NCBI RefSeq assembly: GCF_000002075.1
Contig: NW_004797331.1
Location: 1,504,770-1,568,769 of the forward strand
Direction of reading: 5' to 3'
DNA from: Aplysia californica
Lineage: Eukaryota
Length of the DNA stretch: 64,000 nt
The notes beneath the pieces are model-generated. The model was not told the origin of the DNA. It searched no databases and worked only from the letters and a program-made list of their open reading frames with translations. Below are positions 1 to 33,385 of the stretch, in pieces. The first letter of the stretch is position 1, and the number at the start of each line of letters is the position of its first letter. Both the position numbers and the translations under genes were made by a program.

Positions 1-1968
1 TCTGGTGTGTGGAAAAATGAATTTCCGATTTAAAAAAATATAAAATGCAGTTCATTTTTTTTATCCACTTTTTGCAAGCAGTCTTTAGGGACGGGTTGTT
101 TCTTTTTTCTTTTAATCCAAGGATTGCTTTATCCCCGTGAAGGTTCTTGAGTAAAAGGCAACATTAACATTGCTTGCAGAGTGCTTATGTAATTAATCTT
201 CTGAAAAAAAACCCCAACTCCCCTTTAAACTGCGACGTCAAAAAAGAAAGGGGTGACAGAAGCCCAGTTCCACAACATCATATACAATGTACTTGGTGGC
301 CAGATACAAGTGCGAGTAGAAAGACATTTATACAAAAAACGCGTAGGCCTACAGCCCCACGAACTTAAACGCTAAACCCTAATGTAGATCGTTAGCCTTG
401 GCGATTAGGTCAAGCTGGCTCAAAAAGGCAAGTTATTTTATAACATAGGCTAATAGGCTATAACTCTTTTGGCCAGTCTATGATGTAGTTACCTCCCTTG
501 TGTGACACATCGTCCCAAGCCGACAACGAATACGAAATACAATACTTTGGTTTCTTTTGAAAACATGTAATCGAGTCTGTCAGTTTTGGCCTTGACCATG
601 AACCAATGGCCAAATGGATACTTTGTCGGTCTTTTCATTCGGATTTGTGCTTTGATAATTGAATATTGCTGTTTTAGGATTTGGTGCTTTTAGCTACTTA
701 ATGTACTTACCATCTTGGATTAATGAAATCCGTTAAAAATTACTTGGAATTATCTCAACCAAGGAAGTTATAACCTCTTTGGAATCAACGCATTTCTTTT
801 TGCTCCCGCTGGTTTGATTCAATGATAGTACATAACAAGATGGGCCACTTCTCTCTTTGAGCCAATTAAAAAAGTGTCCTCAAAATTTGGTGGCGCCCTC
901 TTCACAAAAGCGCACTCTTTGCGAACAGAGTTACCCTACTTGAGTTATAAAAAATCAAAGTGAAACTAGCAAGTTTTGGGATAAATTTCGGAAGAACGCT
1001 TTTTTAAAATGGTTACCCTGACAAAAAAGCTTTTCCGGAGGAAAGGGTGATGGTTTTTTTCGTTTAATTTGACTTTAGAATGAAAGGCGAGAGGTCATTA
1101 AAATATAAAAAAAACTAAAACTCCGCACTGAACGTACCCGAACTGCTGATGAACAGCAGTCGATCTGCGCACGCAAGGAGGTGCTATTCCTATTCTTCTT
1201 CTGGAAAAACGAAAGAGAGCTTCAAAACAGACTGCAGCGCCATCTGAAGCAAAGCGCATACTTCCTGCGGACACTTTTTTGGCTGAGTGGCCCATCTTGT
1301 TATTTACTATCATTGTTTGATTTTAGCCTCTGCGGACTCGATATATAGAGATCTAAGCGGCCGGTGGAATCGAACCCTGTTTAGTCATTGGCATTATTTT
1401 AGACTGCCTTGCGCCTACACATCTGCGGCCGAAACAACGTGATTTAAAAGTTAAAAGTAAGCATTGCTGTCTCTGTTCGTTGTTCACTTTTTTATGTGTA
1501 TAATTATGAAAACAAATAATTATGTTGTTGTTCATAAAAAAGGCAAATGGGCTGAACCCACGTGTCTTGGTCTTATCAAACTTCTGGTAGTTTTCGTCTT
1601 CTCCCAAACACGCTTTCCGACGCCGACGGTGCCATGAACTTTCATGAAGCCATGGCCATGTGTGTGCTGAATCTTTGTCCAAATTTGGGCTACACTCATG
1701 AGACATAATTATTACTTCTAGAGATCTAGATTCTAGGTCTAGAATCTAGATCTAGCAGATATTTGTCAAAGAACTATTTTTCCTTGCAGTCTATCTGACT
1801 AGACTCTAGATTTCTAGAGTTATCCTGTGGTGCGATCTACCATAAGCGATCTTCTGTGGTCTGGAAGCTACAGGTCGATCTTCATGATTTTTTCGCCAGA
1901 AGTTAGAAAGACTTCCTCTCTAGATCTATACGGTGTATCGCATTACTGTAACAGCAGTTTGAAATTCC

Positions 1969-2244
1969 GGCGCTTTTTCGGTAGTTCCCACCCCCCTTAT
2001 TTGATAGAGGCTGACCTACATCTAGATCTAGATCTATACTACGTTTGATTCGCGGCAAGCTAAGATGTCAAACCTAACAATTGCTAAACATTAAATTGTG
2101 GTAAAATTCAGGGGGGCAGCCCCTCTGAAACCCCCCACCTTGTTTTTATTAGGTCAGGGGGGCAAGCCCCCCTGAAACCCCCCTACTCTTGGGGCCAAAA
2201 CCGGTGAATGACAAATGCGGGGTGGGAACTACCGAAAAAGCGCC
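1969..2244. mobile_element. MITE, GG-terminated with 8-bp TSD (Merlin-like)
   Basis: TIR GGCGCTTTTTCGGTAGTTCCCACCCC; TSD GAAATTCC at 1961-1968 and 2245-2252. Confidence 0.8.
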
Positions 2245-3223
2245 GAAATTCCTATTCCTATATGTTGTGGTGGTGCTTGTTTGGTAACAAGTGTCTGGTT
2301 GATACGCAAGGTGTCTGTTTGGTGCAACGCAACATATATCGTCTGGTTGAGTGCGCAATAGTACTTACCATGTTTACAGCTGGCTCTAGATCTAGATTTA
2401 GATCTCGCTCTTTTCTGACATTTTTCATCTTTTTCTATCCTGGCCTTGTCTTCTTTTCCTTGCAAGAAGTTCCTGTACAGACCGTAACAGAAGGCCAAGG
2501 TCAATGAGGCGTGTTCTTTTTGGGAGCTGTGCGCCCCCTAACAGGAGATTTCCTTACACCGTGTGTATGTGTTTTGATAATGGATAAAAAGAACGAAAAA
2601 ACCGAAGTGACTATTTCTCCGAACGTTGGGAGAAATATTGCCGATCTTTATTTCTCCGAACGGCTTCCGGTCTCGTGATTTTTTGCCTATTCATTGCGAG
2701 AGTTCGGCGCTGCGCTTTTCCCTTTCGTCAGCCCGCAGCCACCTCCCGAATCGTCAGCCACCTCCCAACCTTTGACACGGGTCAAACTTCCATCTATTTA
2801 TAGGTAGTTACCGGAACATGTATAGGTGAAGTGATGTGCCGTGACAGTCGCGTTATTTATTGAGATTGTTTTGGTCTCTCTTTACTCATCACCACGAGAA
2901 TTTCTTGAGGTTTTTCCTTGGACTCAGCCTTTACTAAAATCTCGAATCTAGATCTAGATCTAGAGTTGTAATCTAGTGGCAGGTTGCAGATTTCTGTTAT
3001 CCAGTATATTCAAGAGATTAAATAAATTGGACTAGACTCTAGAAGTAGACTCTTCTACTTCTACTTCTAAACCTTCGAGATTACAAAGGCCAAGCCTAGG
3101 CTTGTAAGGATTCGTTTGGTTAAAAGTGTTGTTTAACACAAAGACATAGTCTAAGAAGTTAGCAAACCTAACACATTTTTTTCTAACGAAATGAAGTTTA
3201 AATTGACTTTTATGTTTTTATAT

Positions 3224-3337
3224 CGAAGTGTATACAGACCCGGTAACCGGGAACAAAGTCACGAAGTATACAGACCCGGTAGGGGAACTCTTTTGTGATT
3301 TCGGGAAGTTTCAGCCCCCAGACCCGGAAGAAATCTA

Positions 3338-3374
<37 letters not shown>

Positions 3375-3864
3375 GAGGGGGTGGGGTGCTAGCAAAATGT
3401 ATTTGACATGCCCCAGTTGGCAGGAGGAAGGAACGAGAGAAAGATAGAGTGGGAAATAGGTGGGGACAAAGAAAGACAGAGACAAACAAAGAAAAAGAGA
3501 AGGCGAGCGATACACAGAGGAGAGAGAAAGAGAGAGAGGGGGGGGGGGACTGCTCGATTGAAATTATGACATTGTAACTTGTTCTTTTCTTCAAATTGTG
3601 ATTCCTCCAACTCCCAAACGGAGGAAAAACGATCGTTCATCGAAAAGACATCCGCAATCTTCATTTAGATCTAGGCTAGCCGCGAAACTAGATCAAAGAT
3701 TTAAGTCTGTCTGCCTAGATCTACACCATAGACCTAGAAGAACCTAGGTAGTCTACCCTGAGCCAAGAGGGCGCTGAAACTCTCCGAAATCACAAAAGAG
3801 TTCCCTTACCGGGTCTGTATACTTTGTGACTTTGTTCCCGGTTACCGGGTCTGTATACACTCCC
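3224..3864. mobile_element. MULE-like MITE nested in the previous element
   Basis: ~95-bp TIRs (GTGTATACAGACCCGGTAACCGGGAACAAAGTCAC...); exact 9-bp TSD TTTTTATAT at 3215-3223 and 3865-3873. Confidence 0.85.
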
Positions 3865-4225
3865 TTTTTATATTGTCAATAAGAGATCAAGTTTAATCAC
3901 CTAGTCATTTAAGTAAGGAAGTGGCTATCCTCACCCGGGGTGAGAATAAAAACCCTACGATTGACCTCTCACCCCGGGTGAGACTTGCCAGCGTTGGCTA
4001 TTCTCACCCAGTGTAGTGTGAAAGAAGACTTGTTTTTCGTAATTTTGAAATACTTTCTATCGGTGTGGATGATCAAATTGACAAAAGCAAAGGAAAAAAT
4101 GACGTTATAGCACAAAAGTAAGCTAATTTGATCGTCTACAAAGATGCTATGGCTCTTTCACTTTTCGAATCGAGCCGAACTACGCGGGTCGCCATTTTGT
4201 TTTGCCTGGAAGATCTACTCCTCCC

Positions 4226-4228
<3 letters not shown>

Positions 4229-4275
<47 letters not shown>
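4229..4275. repeat. (CT)n microsatellite
   Basis: direct reading. Confidence 0.95.
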
Positions 4276-4279
<4 letters not shown>

Positions 4280-5106
4280 GCAATTTATTAAATCTGCAAC
4301 CTGCAACTAGATTACAACTAGATCTAGATTCGAGACTTTTTTGTAAAATCAGAGTCCAGGGAAAAACATCAATTAAATTCGTGTGGTGCAGATGAGTATA
4401 GAGAGACCAAAACAATATCTCTATTATGACTATCATTGCGCATCTCTTCGCCTAATACATGTTCCGGTAGCTTTAACTACCTATAAATAGATGGAAGTTT
4501 GACCCGTGTCAAAGGTTGGGAGGTGGCTGACGACTCGGGAGGTGGCTGCGGGTTGACGAAAGGGAAAAGCGCTTCGGCGCTAACTTTCATTCTGCCTCTG
4601 GTCTGGGAAGGAACGCCGCATGGCAAGCCCGTCTTCAGACAACTTTCAGTTACACCCACCACACACCCACCACCATCATGCACATATGTACACACACAAA
4701 CTTATACACACACTAACTAAACATGATCAGTGGGCAACTTTTGAATATATGACGAGCTGAGCTGTGGATGGAGAGACAGTGTGAGTGACAGAGCAGGTGA
4801 AAGGAAGAATGTACGAGTGTATCCACAGGCGACAGCAACTACAAGGCGACGACACCGACCCCCCAGGCCTGGTCCACAGCTCACGAACGAAAGGAATGTG
4901 GCTAAGGCAGTAGGCAATGTTTTGCTAATATTATTGTCCATGGTTCGCAGGGTGCTAGGGAATGAGTGAGATTTTCTTTGTGTGTGCCTGGAGGGAGGGG
5001 GTGGGGTGTGAAAGTCATGCGGACGGGGATGAGCCGCGGGAGAGAACAGAACACGGGAATTCAATGAATGAGTGAAACTGAAAGAGAGGAACGACTCATG
5101 AGCCCT

Positions 5107-5108
<2 letters not shown>

Positions 5109-5157
<49 letters not shown>
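5109..5157. repeat. (AT)n microsatellite
   Basis: direct reading. Confidence 0.95.
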
Positions 5158-5160
<3 letters not shown>

Positions 5161-5944
5161 GTTTAGAATCTAATGAAGGTAGGAACATCAAATTAAATGA
5201 CGTTACACTATACAACACTCCCCCTCCCCCTTTTTCCCCAACAAAAAAAAAATTGATAGAAAAACAACACATCAGAACAATAACAAGAAAGAAAAAAATA
5301 CACACTAACAAAATAAAACACCAAAAAGAGGGGAAAATAAAAGTAACTGTAACGTATTCAACAAATCAACGTGGTGACAACAAGTGAGAAAGAGAGGAAG
5401 TGAAGCTAGGTGAACTTTCTTTCAAAAGTAAAGAGGTTCGGTTTCTTTCTTCTTTTTTTTTTTTATTTGACTTTTATTCCCCGATTTGGGGACCAAAAAG
5501 TCGAGCCACGATTGATTGGTCGCAGCAGCGACAAACGCAGATGCTAGTTCTATGTGTCGTTATCAATAACCCTCCGTAGATCTAGATCTAGATCTAGACA
5601 GCACAAGAGTGAACACAACACATTAAGTTTAAGAGCAGCACCCTTCATAGGCAACACGTCATATATATATATATAGCGAAAAACTGTTTGAAACTGTAGT
5701 ATTTCTTTATATAAATATTTACTGCAGACATTTTTTGTACCGATTGAACCATATTGCATACGAACAATCTTTGGTAGGCATATACTATAATTATAGATCT
5801 ATATAATATCCGAAATTTGGGGAAAGGGTGTGATTTCAGAGTATTCGGAGAAATAATGCCCAGCTTTATTTTCCCGAACGTTCAGAGAAATAGTGCCTAG
5901 CTTTATTTTCCCGAACGTTCGGAGAAATAGTGCCGGCCAAAACA

Positions 5945-6197
5945 GAAAGGTGCTGTGGACACAAGAAGGTGAAAGAAGTAAACAAGAATTAGACTATACC
6001 TAGACTAGTATTTTTAAAGGAAAAAGGACAAAAAAGAAGAAGAAAAAGATGTGAAAAGAAGAAATTGAAAAAGAAAGGTGCTGAGGACACAAGGAGGTGA
6101 AAGAAGAAAACAAGAATTAGACTATACCTAGACTAGTATTCTTAAAGGAAAAGGACAAAAAAGAAGAAGAAAAAGACATGAAAAGAAGAAATTGAAC
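5945..6197. repeat. Tandem duplication, 2 x ~126 bp
   Basis: agaaaggtgctg.ggacacaag...agaagaaattgaa repeated. Confidence 0.85.
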
Positions 6198-6977
6198 ATT
6201 TTGGAGATTAAATTTCCATATTAATTAATTTTGACATCTTGAATACATTAACTGATCATCTTCCAATGGCAATATAATGCATCCAAACGGAAGGAAAACA
6301 GTCTGTTTCAGTGCACAGTGCAGGTCATAAAGAAATAACTTAATAAGTAAAACAGCCAAAGGGCCTAGAAGTAGAAGCCACACTATCAATGCCAAAAGGC
6401 AAAAAAGCTGATATTGCGCACTGAAACGGACGGCACAAATTTGGTCTGCTTCTCAGTGCGCAACCCTATCTGGCATGTTCCTGAGCATTAAGAAGCAGTC
6501 TGCGATAGTATTTATCGATTCTAGTATACATTCTACGATACATTAGAGCTAGATTAACTATATGTGCTAAATAATCGTCTACTCAAGCGCTTAGTAAATT
6601 CCAGATACCGGTTACGAAAACCATCAGTATAAAGGGGCAAAACTTTCCGACACCGTAGAATCATGTGTGTTGACAGGTACCTCCAAAACGAAAGTGAAAT
6701 AAGCTGCATTCAGCGCATGCTCACAGAAAGTGACCTCGTTTTCGCTGTTCTTATCCAAAACAAAGCAGGAGACCGGGGGTTGCGCACCCAAACAGCAACG
6801 CAGTGACGCTGTTAGACTCCTAGTTGAAGGTTTAATCCACGATAAACTTTAGGCTATAATGCCATAACTGCCATAACATAAACCCTTGCCTTTAATTTAG
6901 GCCTAAATGACAATAAAGTTGAAAATCATGAAACGCCACCAGACGGGCATGCCATGTTTTGATTGTTATAATGAATT

Positions 6978-7209
6978 GGCACTTTTTCGGTTGTTCCCAC
7001 CCCGCAATTGTCATTGGCCCGTTTTGGCCCCAAGAGTAGTAGTATGGGGATTTCAGGGGGACTGATAGAAATATATGTTGGGGGGGTTGATGTTTTGCAG
7101 TTGTTAGGTTTGTTATTTTAGCTCGCCGCGAATCAAACGTATAGATCTAGATTCTAGATGTAGATCTAGGCTCACATAAGGAGGGTGGGAACTACCGCGA
7201 AAAAGCGCC
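6978..7209. mobile_element. Second copy of the same MITE, inverted orientation
   Basis: Same TIR and internal ttggccccaagagtag; TSD (a/c)atgaatt. Confidence 0.75.
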
Positions 7210-7604
7210 CATGAATTATCCTCTGAATTTGATGTTTATGCCGTGAAATGAGGCCTCTAGATCTATGTTAACTGATTTACACAAACAATTTTGAGGAAGA
7301 TTGAAGTTGAAGAATACCGAACCACTCATATACATTATTGCGCGAGAATGTGGGGGGGGGGGGGGGGAGGGGGGCCTCCCCCTTGACAAAATCTAAATGA
7401 ATAGATCTACCGGTCCGAGATTCTCCATTGAGAGATAAAAATTGGGGAAAATCATGAATTCCTAAGGTTGAGACATAAGCAAAGTCAGTCAGCTGGTCCG
7501 GTATTCTTCGATCTTACCAATTTTGTATCAACATGATGTTGTATATATTTCATGATCTAATTTTTCCATAGAAAAGGCTAGCCGTACTTAAACTTAATGC
7601 TTTC

Positions 7605-8405
7605 GGAGTGTCTACGTACACGGTAACCGGAATGAAAATAAATCAATATATTTTGTCCTGTGCTGCCACTTGCTGAAAAAAAGAAGGTCTTACAAGCGTC
7701 TTGTCTGGCTCGCCATCGTGACCTTCCCATAGCTGGTACTAACCGTTGGTGTCGGCTCTTTCCCAGAGCCGGTACTGGAGGCCAGGTGTCGGTACTGACA
7801 CCTCCTTCGGTAGAACCGGGAGTTCCGGTACTGGGTGTCGGTACCTGCCCATCCCTAGTCTACGTACACGGTAACCAGGCACCTAGTCTCAGTATCAACG
7901 TACACGGTAACCGGAATGAAAATAAATCAATATTTGTCCTGTGCTGTCACTTGCTGAATTTTAAAAAAAAAGAAGGTCATACAATACAAGCATCTTGTCG
8001 GGCTCGCCATCATGACCGGTCAGTGAACCTGTGCCTGTGCATCACATATTGTGAGTACCGGTTGGGGTCACCAAAGTTCATTCAAAGTCTGTGTGCTGCG
8101 AAGTATAGGGCTCTGGAATGGGGGGAATTCTTCTTCTTTTTTTTTTTTTAGGTACCGTCAGGGGAGGGGTGGGGATGAAGGCAACACCGGATGACAAAAA
8201 CTAAACTTGGAGTTCTGAACTGCCCGGTTACAGTGTACGTCACACTGAGACTACATGCCCGGTTGCCGGTTACCGTGTACATAGATATTGAGGCTACATG
8301 CCCGGTTTCTGTGTACGTGACACTGAGACTACTTGCCCGATTGCCAGTTATTGTGTACGTATACACTGAGGCAAGGTGCCCGGTTACCGTGTACGTAGGC
8401 ACTCC
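7605..8405. mobile_element. Composite foldback/MULE-like MITE with tandem subterminal TACGTACACGGTAACCGG repeats
   Basis: Termini GGAGTGTCTACGTAC / GTACGTAGGCACTCC; inverted full copy at 36587-37056; internal fragments at ~9108-9290 and ~21865-22190. Confidence 0.75.
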
Positions 8406-9746
8406 AGTTACGGGGAAATGACCGTAGAGGGGCCAGGGCTGAGGTTACCGTGGCTGATGCTCCACAGGATCGTGTTCGTGTCTGACTGAATGGTCACAGT
8501 CAGGGGTGTCAGTTTGAAGCCAAGTCCCAGAAATTTGGCTCTTTTGGATTGCGCCTGGCCCGGAGAATTTCTGTTGGCTCTTTGGCTCTTTTTTTTTTGG
8601 CTCCAAACTCCAAATGTTAAAGAAGGAAACGAAGAAAAAAAGAAAAAGAAAAAATAGGCCTAAAAGAAAAAAATATGAAAATGAAAAAAAAGCTTGGATT
8701 GCTTAGTTATTTAACTAGTTAACATGATTTAACGCCTTCGCCCATTTGGTCTGAATATTTTACAACCCTTCTACCGTCGTGCAAGAGCATTAGAATCTAG
8801 TCTCGTGTCACGTTACGTTCGTACACGCTCTCTGTTCCTTGAACCATAATTTGTTGTGTGCAGGCAGAGAGGCCTGCCATCATTAAGTGTGTAAACTACG
8901 AATGGTCCGGCCGGTCTCACATCCCGCGCAGTAGCGTCGGTAGTGAGAGATATTTTTTACTGGAGGGGCGAAAAGTGTTTTTACATTATTCTGAATCGTA
9001 ATTCTCCATATCCCATATCCCGACTATTCTGTAAGAGACTTCCTTCATCTCATGGTATGGAACGCTTGAAGCAGGCCGAATTACATTTTAATTAACAAAA
9101 ATATGAATGAACTTTGGTGACCTCAACCGGTACTCACAATGTGATGCACAGGCACAGGTTCACTGACCGGTCACGATGCTTGTATTGTATGACTTTCTTT
9201 TTTTTCAGCAAGTGGCAGCACAGGACAAATATTGATTTACACGGTAACCAGGCAGTGTCATCCGATGTTGCCTTCATCCCCCACCCCTCGGGGGGGGGGG
9301 GGAGAGAGAGAGAGAGAGGGAGAGAGAGAGAGAGAGACCCCTCGGGGGGGGGGGGGGGGTGAGAATATATGTGGCCTTTTTTGGAAGCTATTCTAGATCT
9401 AGTCTTGCACTGATGTGGGCATTCCTCTTATCGAATTTAGACTTTTTAAAAATTGCTGGATTTGGGTAAAAAGGTAAGGTATTCTACCCTCAGATTTCCC
9501 TTACAGGCCTAAGCCTAATTAAATTGTTTTCTGTAACAATACAATTCGATTCTTTTGCACTGAACTGTCAATTTCTTCTTCTAAAGCGATCAAGGGCCCT
9601 ATAGCCTACTCAGAATTAAACACTATCAGGAAATATGGGGATGGAGACTATTACCCGAATTTACCAAGTCTGAATAAATAACGTTCCGGACTCGAACTCG
9701 AATTCATAGTTAGCCTAGATGTCATGAATTCTTTGTTCTTCACAGC

Positions 9747-29049
<19,303 letters not shown>

Positions 29050-29697
29050 ACAACAAGAGTGGAGACTTCTTACAGGTCATATGGCACCACTCTACACAGC
29101 TAAAATGCCACATTGCACCCAAGGCCAGGGTCGTCTGTTGGCGTCAACTTTCAATGTCCAGATGAGGATTAAAATTCGTTTATCTTCTTCTTATGGCCGT
29201 CTCACACAATGCAATGGCAAGCCCTTCTTCTCCACTGCCAGACCTGGGATGGTTTCTTGCTCAATTCTTCCAGCCTTGGCTTGTCTCCTCAAGTGTTCCA
29301 GCATTGACTCATCTCCTTTTCTGTTTCACTCGTCTGTCCCCATCTTTGTCACTGTGCCGGTTTATCTGAATGGTGGGGTTTTCCCCCTCAGCTCCTTGGA
29401 GAATTTTGGGAAGGCCTTTTAGATGTAAACTGGAGCTGTGTTCAGCTGCCAGGGCTTGTCGTGCCCTGAGAAATAAATGTTAGCAGTTTGATGACCTAGT
29501 AAGGCCACAGGTGTTTTTTTTTTTTTTTACATTCTTGATCATTTTTTAATTCTAATGTCAGTTTGTGTATCGGGTATTCTTTGTTTTTTTGTTTAAAACA
29601 GGAATTGTAAGTTCTGTTTCCAGTCCTGCCCTTTTGCTGCTGCCTCCTTCAACTGTTTATACTGTCTCTTAGTCTTTGTCCTTGTTTTTTTTTTTTG

Positions 29698-30121
29698 NNN
29701 NNNNNNNNNNNNNNNNNNNNNNNNNNNNNNNNNNNNNNNNNNNNNNNNNNNNNNNNNNNNNNNNNNNNNNNNNNNNNNNNNNNNNNNNNNNNNNNNNNNN
29801 NNNNNNNNNNNNNNNNNNNNNNNNNNNNNNNNNNNNNNNNNNNNNNNNNNNNNNNNNNNNNNNNNNNNNNNNNNNNNNNNNNNNNNNNNNNNNNNNNNNN
29901 NNNNNNNNNNNNNNNNNNNNNNNNNNNNNNNNNNNNNNNNNNNNNNNNNNNNNNNNNNNNNNNNNNNNNNNNNNNNNNNNNNNNNNNNNNNNNNNNNNNN
30001 NNNNNNNNNNNNNNNNNNNNNNNNNNNNNNNNNNNNNNNNNNNNNNNNNNNNNNNNNNNNNNNNNNNNNNNNNNNNNNNNNNNNNNNNNNNNNNNNNNNN
30101 NNNNNNNNNNNNNNNNNNNNN
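29698..30121. other. Assembly gap (424 N)
   Basis: run of n following a poly-T tract. Confidence 1.
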
Positions 30122-30899
30122 CCATTATTGTGCTCAATATGGTACTCATCTGTTTTCATGGTGACTGTCTTTGGTGCCTGCGACAGCTCCCATCCTGTAC
30201 TGGACACATTCTTTGCTGGCAGGGCAAGCCACTGTTTTCGTATTGTCACTTACTATACATGACACATTCTGTGCCAGCAGGGCAATCTCCTTTCTTTCTT
30301 TCTTTTTGTATATATATATTTAAAAAATCATTTCCTCAACTTATGACACATGTGTCAGCTGACCCTCAAAATGCTTGCATGGAGTTGTTTGCTCTGAACT
30401 GTGAGGGCGAATACTTGGACATTATCTGTCTTCTGTGTTGTGTTACTTGCTTACTGCACCATTCAGCTGTGCCACTTTTTATCACTTTTGTTGTTGTTGT
30501 CTTTGTCATATTTTTTATTTAAAGATATATGAATTGAAATGTCTAGCAACATTTTGTTTAGAGATATTATAGACTACTATATTTTTTTTGTATTTTAGTC
30601 TTTGCTGTGTAAACATTTTGCTGGTTGGCAAGCTGCAAGGTGTATTGTCCATTTTTTAATATTTTTTTTCTCCGAATGTTGTTTCTGTGCACTGTTTAGC
30701 ACAGGTTGTTTGGTGTTCCAGGTGTGAGTTTGTGACTATGTCTTTTCTGGGTTTTTTAAAATTTTATTTTTCTTGAACAAGTACTTGTTGTTCACACAAG
30801 TATTGGGATCAACTACGTTCCATGGCCATGTTTCCTGGTCTAGAATCATTTTTTTAAAAAAATTATTTTTGTCATCGGAGGCCCGTAAAGATACATTTT

Positions 30900-31121
30900 G
30901 CTACCCAAGAATTACAAAGTTCTATCTGCCAGTACTTAGTTTTGAGAAACTTGATGTAAAAAATTTTTGGTTCCACATGTCGAGCTTTTTCAAATGCAAT
31001 CCTTTGAATATTTTTATAACGACTCCGAATAATCATACGATTTTGATAGAGCAGTTCTCATGGTCTTAGTAACTCAAAGCAGCCAAATATGTCAGATAGA
31101 ACTTTGTAATTCTGAGGTAGC
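30900..31121. mobile_element. Short MITE downstream of IMPDH stop
   Basis: ~30-bp TIR GCTACC..AGAATTACAAAGTTCTATCTG / CAGATAGAACTTTGTAATTCT..GGTAGC. Confidence 0.72.
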
Positions 31122-33169
31122 GACTTGTACAGACAGTCCAGGACTAATGATGGTTCCACAAACCAGATGGTACACACTCAGTACAACAAAGTAGAGATGG
31201 GTTTTTTTCCTCGATATTTGTTGGGTTTGGAAGCTTTAATTCCCCCGTAACCCTTTTTAAAAACGCTTTGTGAACTTAATGTCGATATCGACCTGTCTGT
31301 TTGGCATTCCAGTAAGTTTCATAATTAATCTAGCATCTCTAGTGAAAGCTTTGCACTGGAATTTCACATTTCCATCTTTTCCTGGGCTGATATATACCAT
31401 TACAAAACACAATGGGCTTTTGGTGCTTTCTGAAGTGTTCCATGGATTGCACAAGGTATATTCAACATTTTCTGTGAAAAACTTTTTTGTATCATGTATC
31501 AATATTACTCAAATTGTAGTAGGGTAATGAGTTTTCTGAAAATGTTGGAAACAAGCTGTGATGTTTTGTAGATTTGATGTTGAAATGCGCCTCAGAATTA
31601 TATTTAAAATCTACTGTGGGTTATCTGTTCATAGCCCCATGGCAAGTTGAGGAACGTTTCGATGTATAATTTTGATGCTCTGAAATGAATTTTTTGTCGT
31701 AAGGGAAATTTGACTTTTTTATGCAGGGAAACTTCACATGTTTTGCTGTAATTTTTTCTGTGTTCATTCAATATTGGATATATGTATATGAAACATGTCT
31801 TTGTGAAATGAAATTATCCCTTGTCACTGACCCTTCGTTTTATTTTTGTTTGTTTTTGTCTTGTCTTTTAAATGTTACTTTAATGATGTTGAAGTAAGAG
31901 TTACAACAGAGAAGTAGAAATTAATTGGGAGGTTTTCGAAACAAAATTTATTTTTTTAGCACTTTTACAATTTGTTAGGCTGCCTTGTTTTGTGTTGTTG
32001 GACGATTTATTTTATGGGGTTAGAGTTCCTCTATAGAATGCTGAGCAGTCTGTTTATACTCCCTGTTGGATTTAGATTCCATCTTTTGCATCATTATGTA
32101 GCCATACTCTGAAACAAGAAGTGTCAAGTGTGAAAGCTCAAGACAGAGGCTGATGTGTATTTATAATTCTGGAGGCGCCGGCCTTTGCTTTACTTTTAGA
32201 AGTAACCATGAATTCTTCAGACCTTAAAATTTGAAATAAGTGGAGCATGATTTTCATGATATTGAACTTAAAAATGTAAAAATTGTTGACAGGGATTTCT
32301 CTTGGACGTTACACTATACCACAGAATTGAGCTATTGGTTTCTCATTCCACTTTTTCAAAATATGACTGTCGGTTGTTCAGTACAAGTTAAAAGCTCCAC
32401 AGATAAAAGCAAACATGAATCCCCAAAGTGTAGGCCTACTGATATATTGCTGATGCTACTTTTTTTTCAAGAATGCTCTATAACTGAGCCATTGGTTGCA
32501 AACGATGAGACAGGCCCATTTCTGTAAGGTGCCAAAAGAAATGATTTGTGTTGAAAACACTTAAGCAAACTACAGGCTTTATCTGATGACAGGGATTAAC
32601 TCCTGAGGTTCCCTGCGGAAGCAGCTTGTTGAAGATGTTCACAAAAGGGAACTGACGCTGTAAATTTTGAGAAATCCGATGAGTTTCTTTCTTGCACTTG
32701 TGTTGTCCCTCATTCGTTCAGAAGAAATGCTCTGTATTTTTTAATTAATTCTTTTTTTAAGTCTTAGTACAGTTCATATCTTTGCATGTAAATGCAACGG
32801 CCACACGTTTAAAGCTTAGAGTCAGAATTTCATGATCAAGTCTCTCCCATAGGAATTTCAACTCGACTCATATAACCAGTACCCTTTTGTCCGATACCTG
32901 AACTGATTGTTTTGCAAAATTTGTCCGATGGTAATGTCCAATCTGGACAAATTTTTTATCACACCTGATTGGTGTACATTAGAAACAGCCCACATGAGTA
33001 AATTTTGCAAGAAAGTGCTTGGGATGGCTTGTGTGCTTGTTGAGTTGTTGCCAACCTGTTTACAGGAGTCCTTCAGCACCTGAATTAATATTCGGTTCAA
33101 GTGAGAACTGGTGGAAAATCGCCCAAGCTGAGATCATATCTCCACAAAATTGCGCCAGCAGACAACCCA

Positions 33170-33385
33170 GATCCGTCCTGTCGAGCCTGCAAGAGGACGA
33201 AACTATGGACCATGTGTTCCTGAGATGTCCCGCCAGCTATCGTACCAGAACCCGTATGCTGGGACATTTCAGTAACCCATTTTCAGCACTTTTTAAGGAC
33301 CCCCGGGCGAGTGTTGAGTTCCTGTGTGCTGTCGGCATCGCTGACCGTTTATGAAGCCACAGCGCCAGAAGAGAGAGAGAGAGAA
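33170..33385 (+). mobile_element. 3' fragment of a non-LTR retrotransposon (C-terminal CCHC zinc knuckle)
   Basis: EDETMDHVFLRCP...VEFLCAVGIADRL*, short 3'UTR and (GA)n tail. Confidence 0.65.

Larger units (their letters stand above)
2712..4572. mobile_element. Non-autonomous Mutator-like (MULE) element with ~280-bp TIRs
   Basis: 2712-2993 is the reverse complement of ~4290-4572; exact 9-bp TSD TTCGGCGCT at 2703-2711 and 4573-4581. Confidence 0.85.

Noticed and set aside
1355-1380. tRNA-like fragment (ggaatcgaaccc)
   Set aside because: Only a B-box-like piece; no cloverleaf.
7856-8405. Regularly spaced TACGTACACGGTAACCGG repeats resembling a CRISPR array
   Set aside because: Eukaryotic context, spacers are similar to each other, repeats are inverted at the two ends of a MITE, and there are no cas genes.
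29593-30522. Long ORFs (162-275 aa) in the ORF track
   Set aside because: Artefacts of the 424-N assembly gap.
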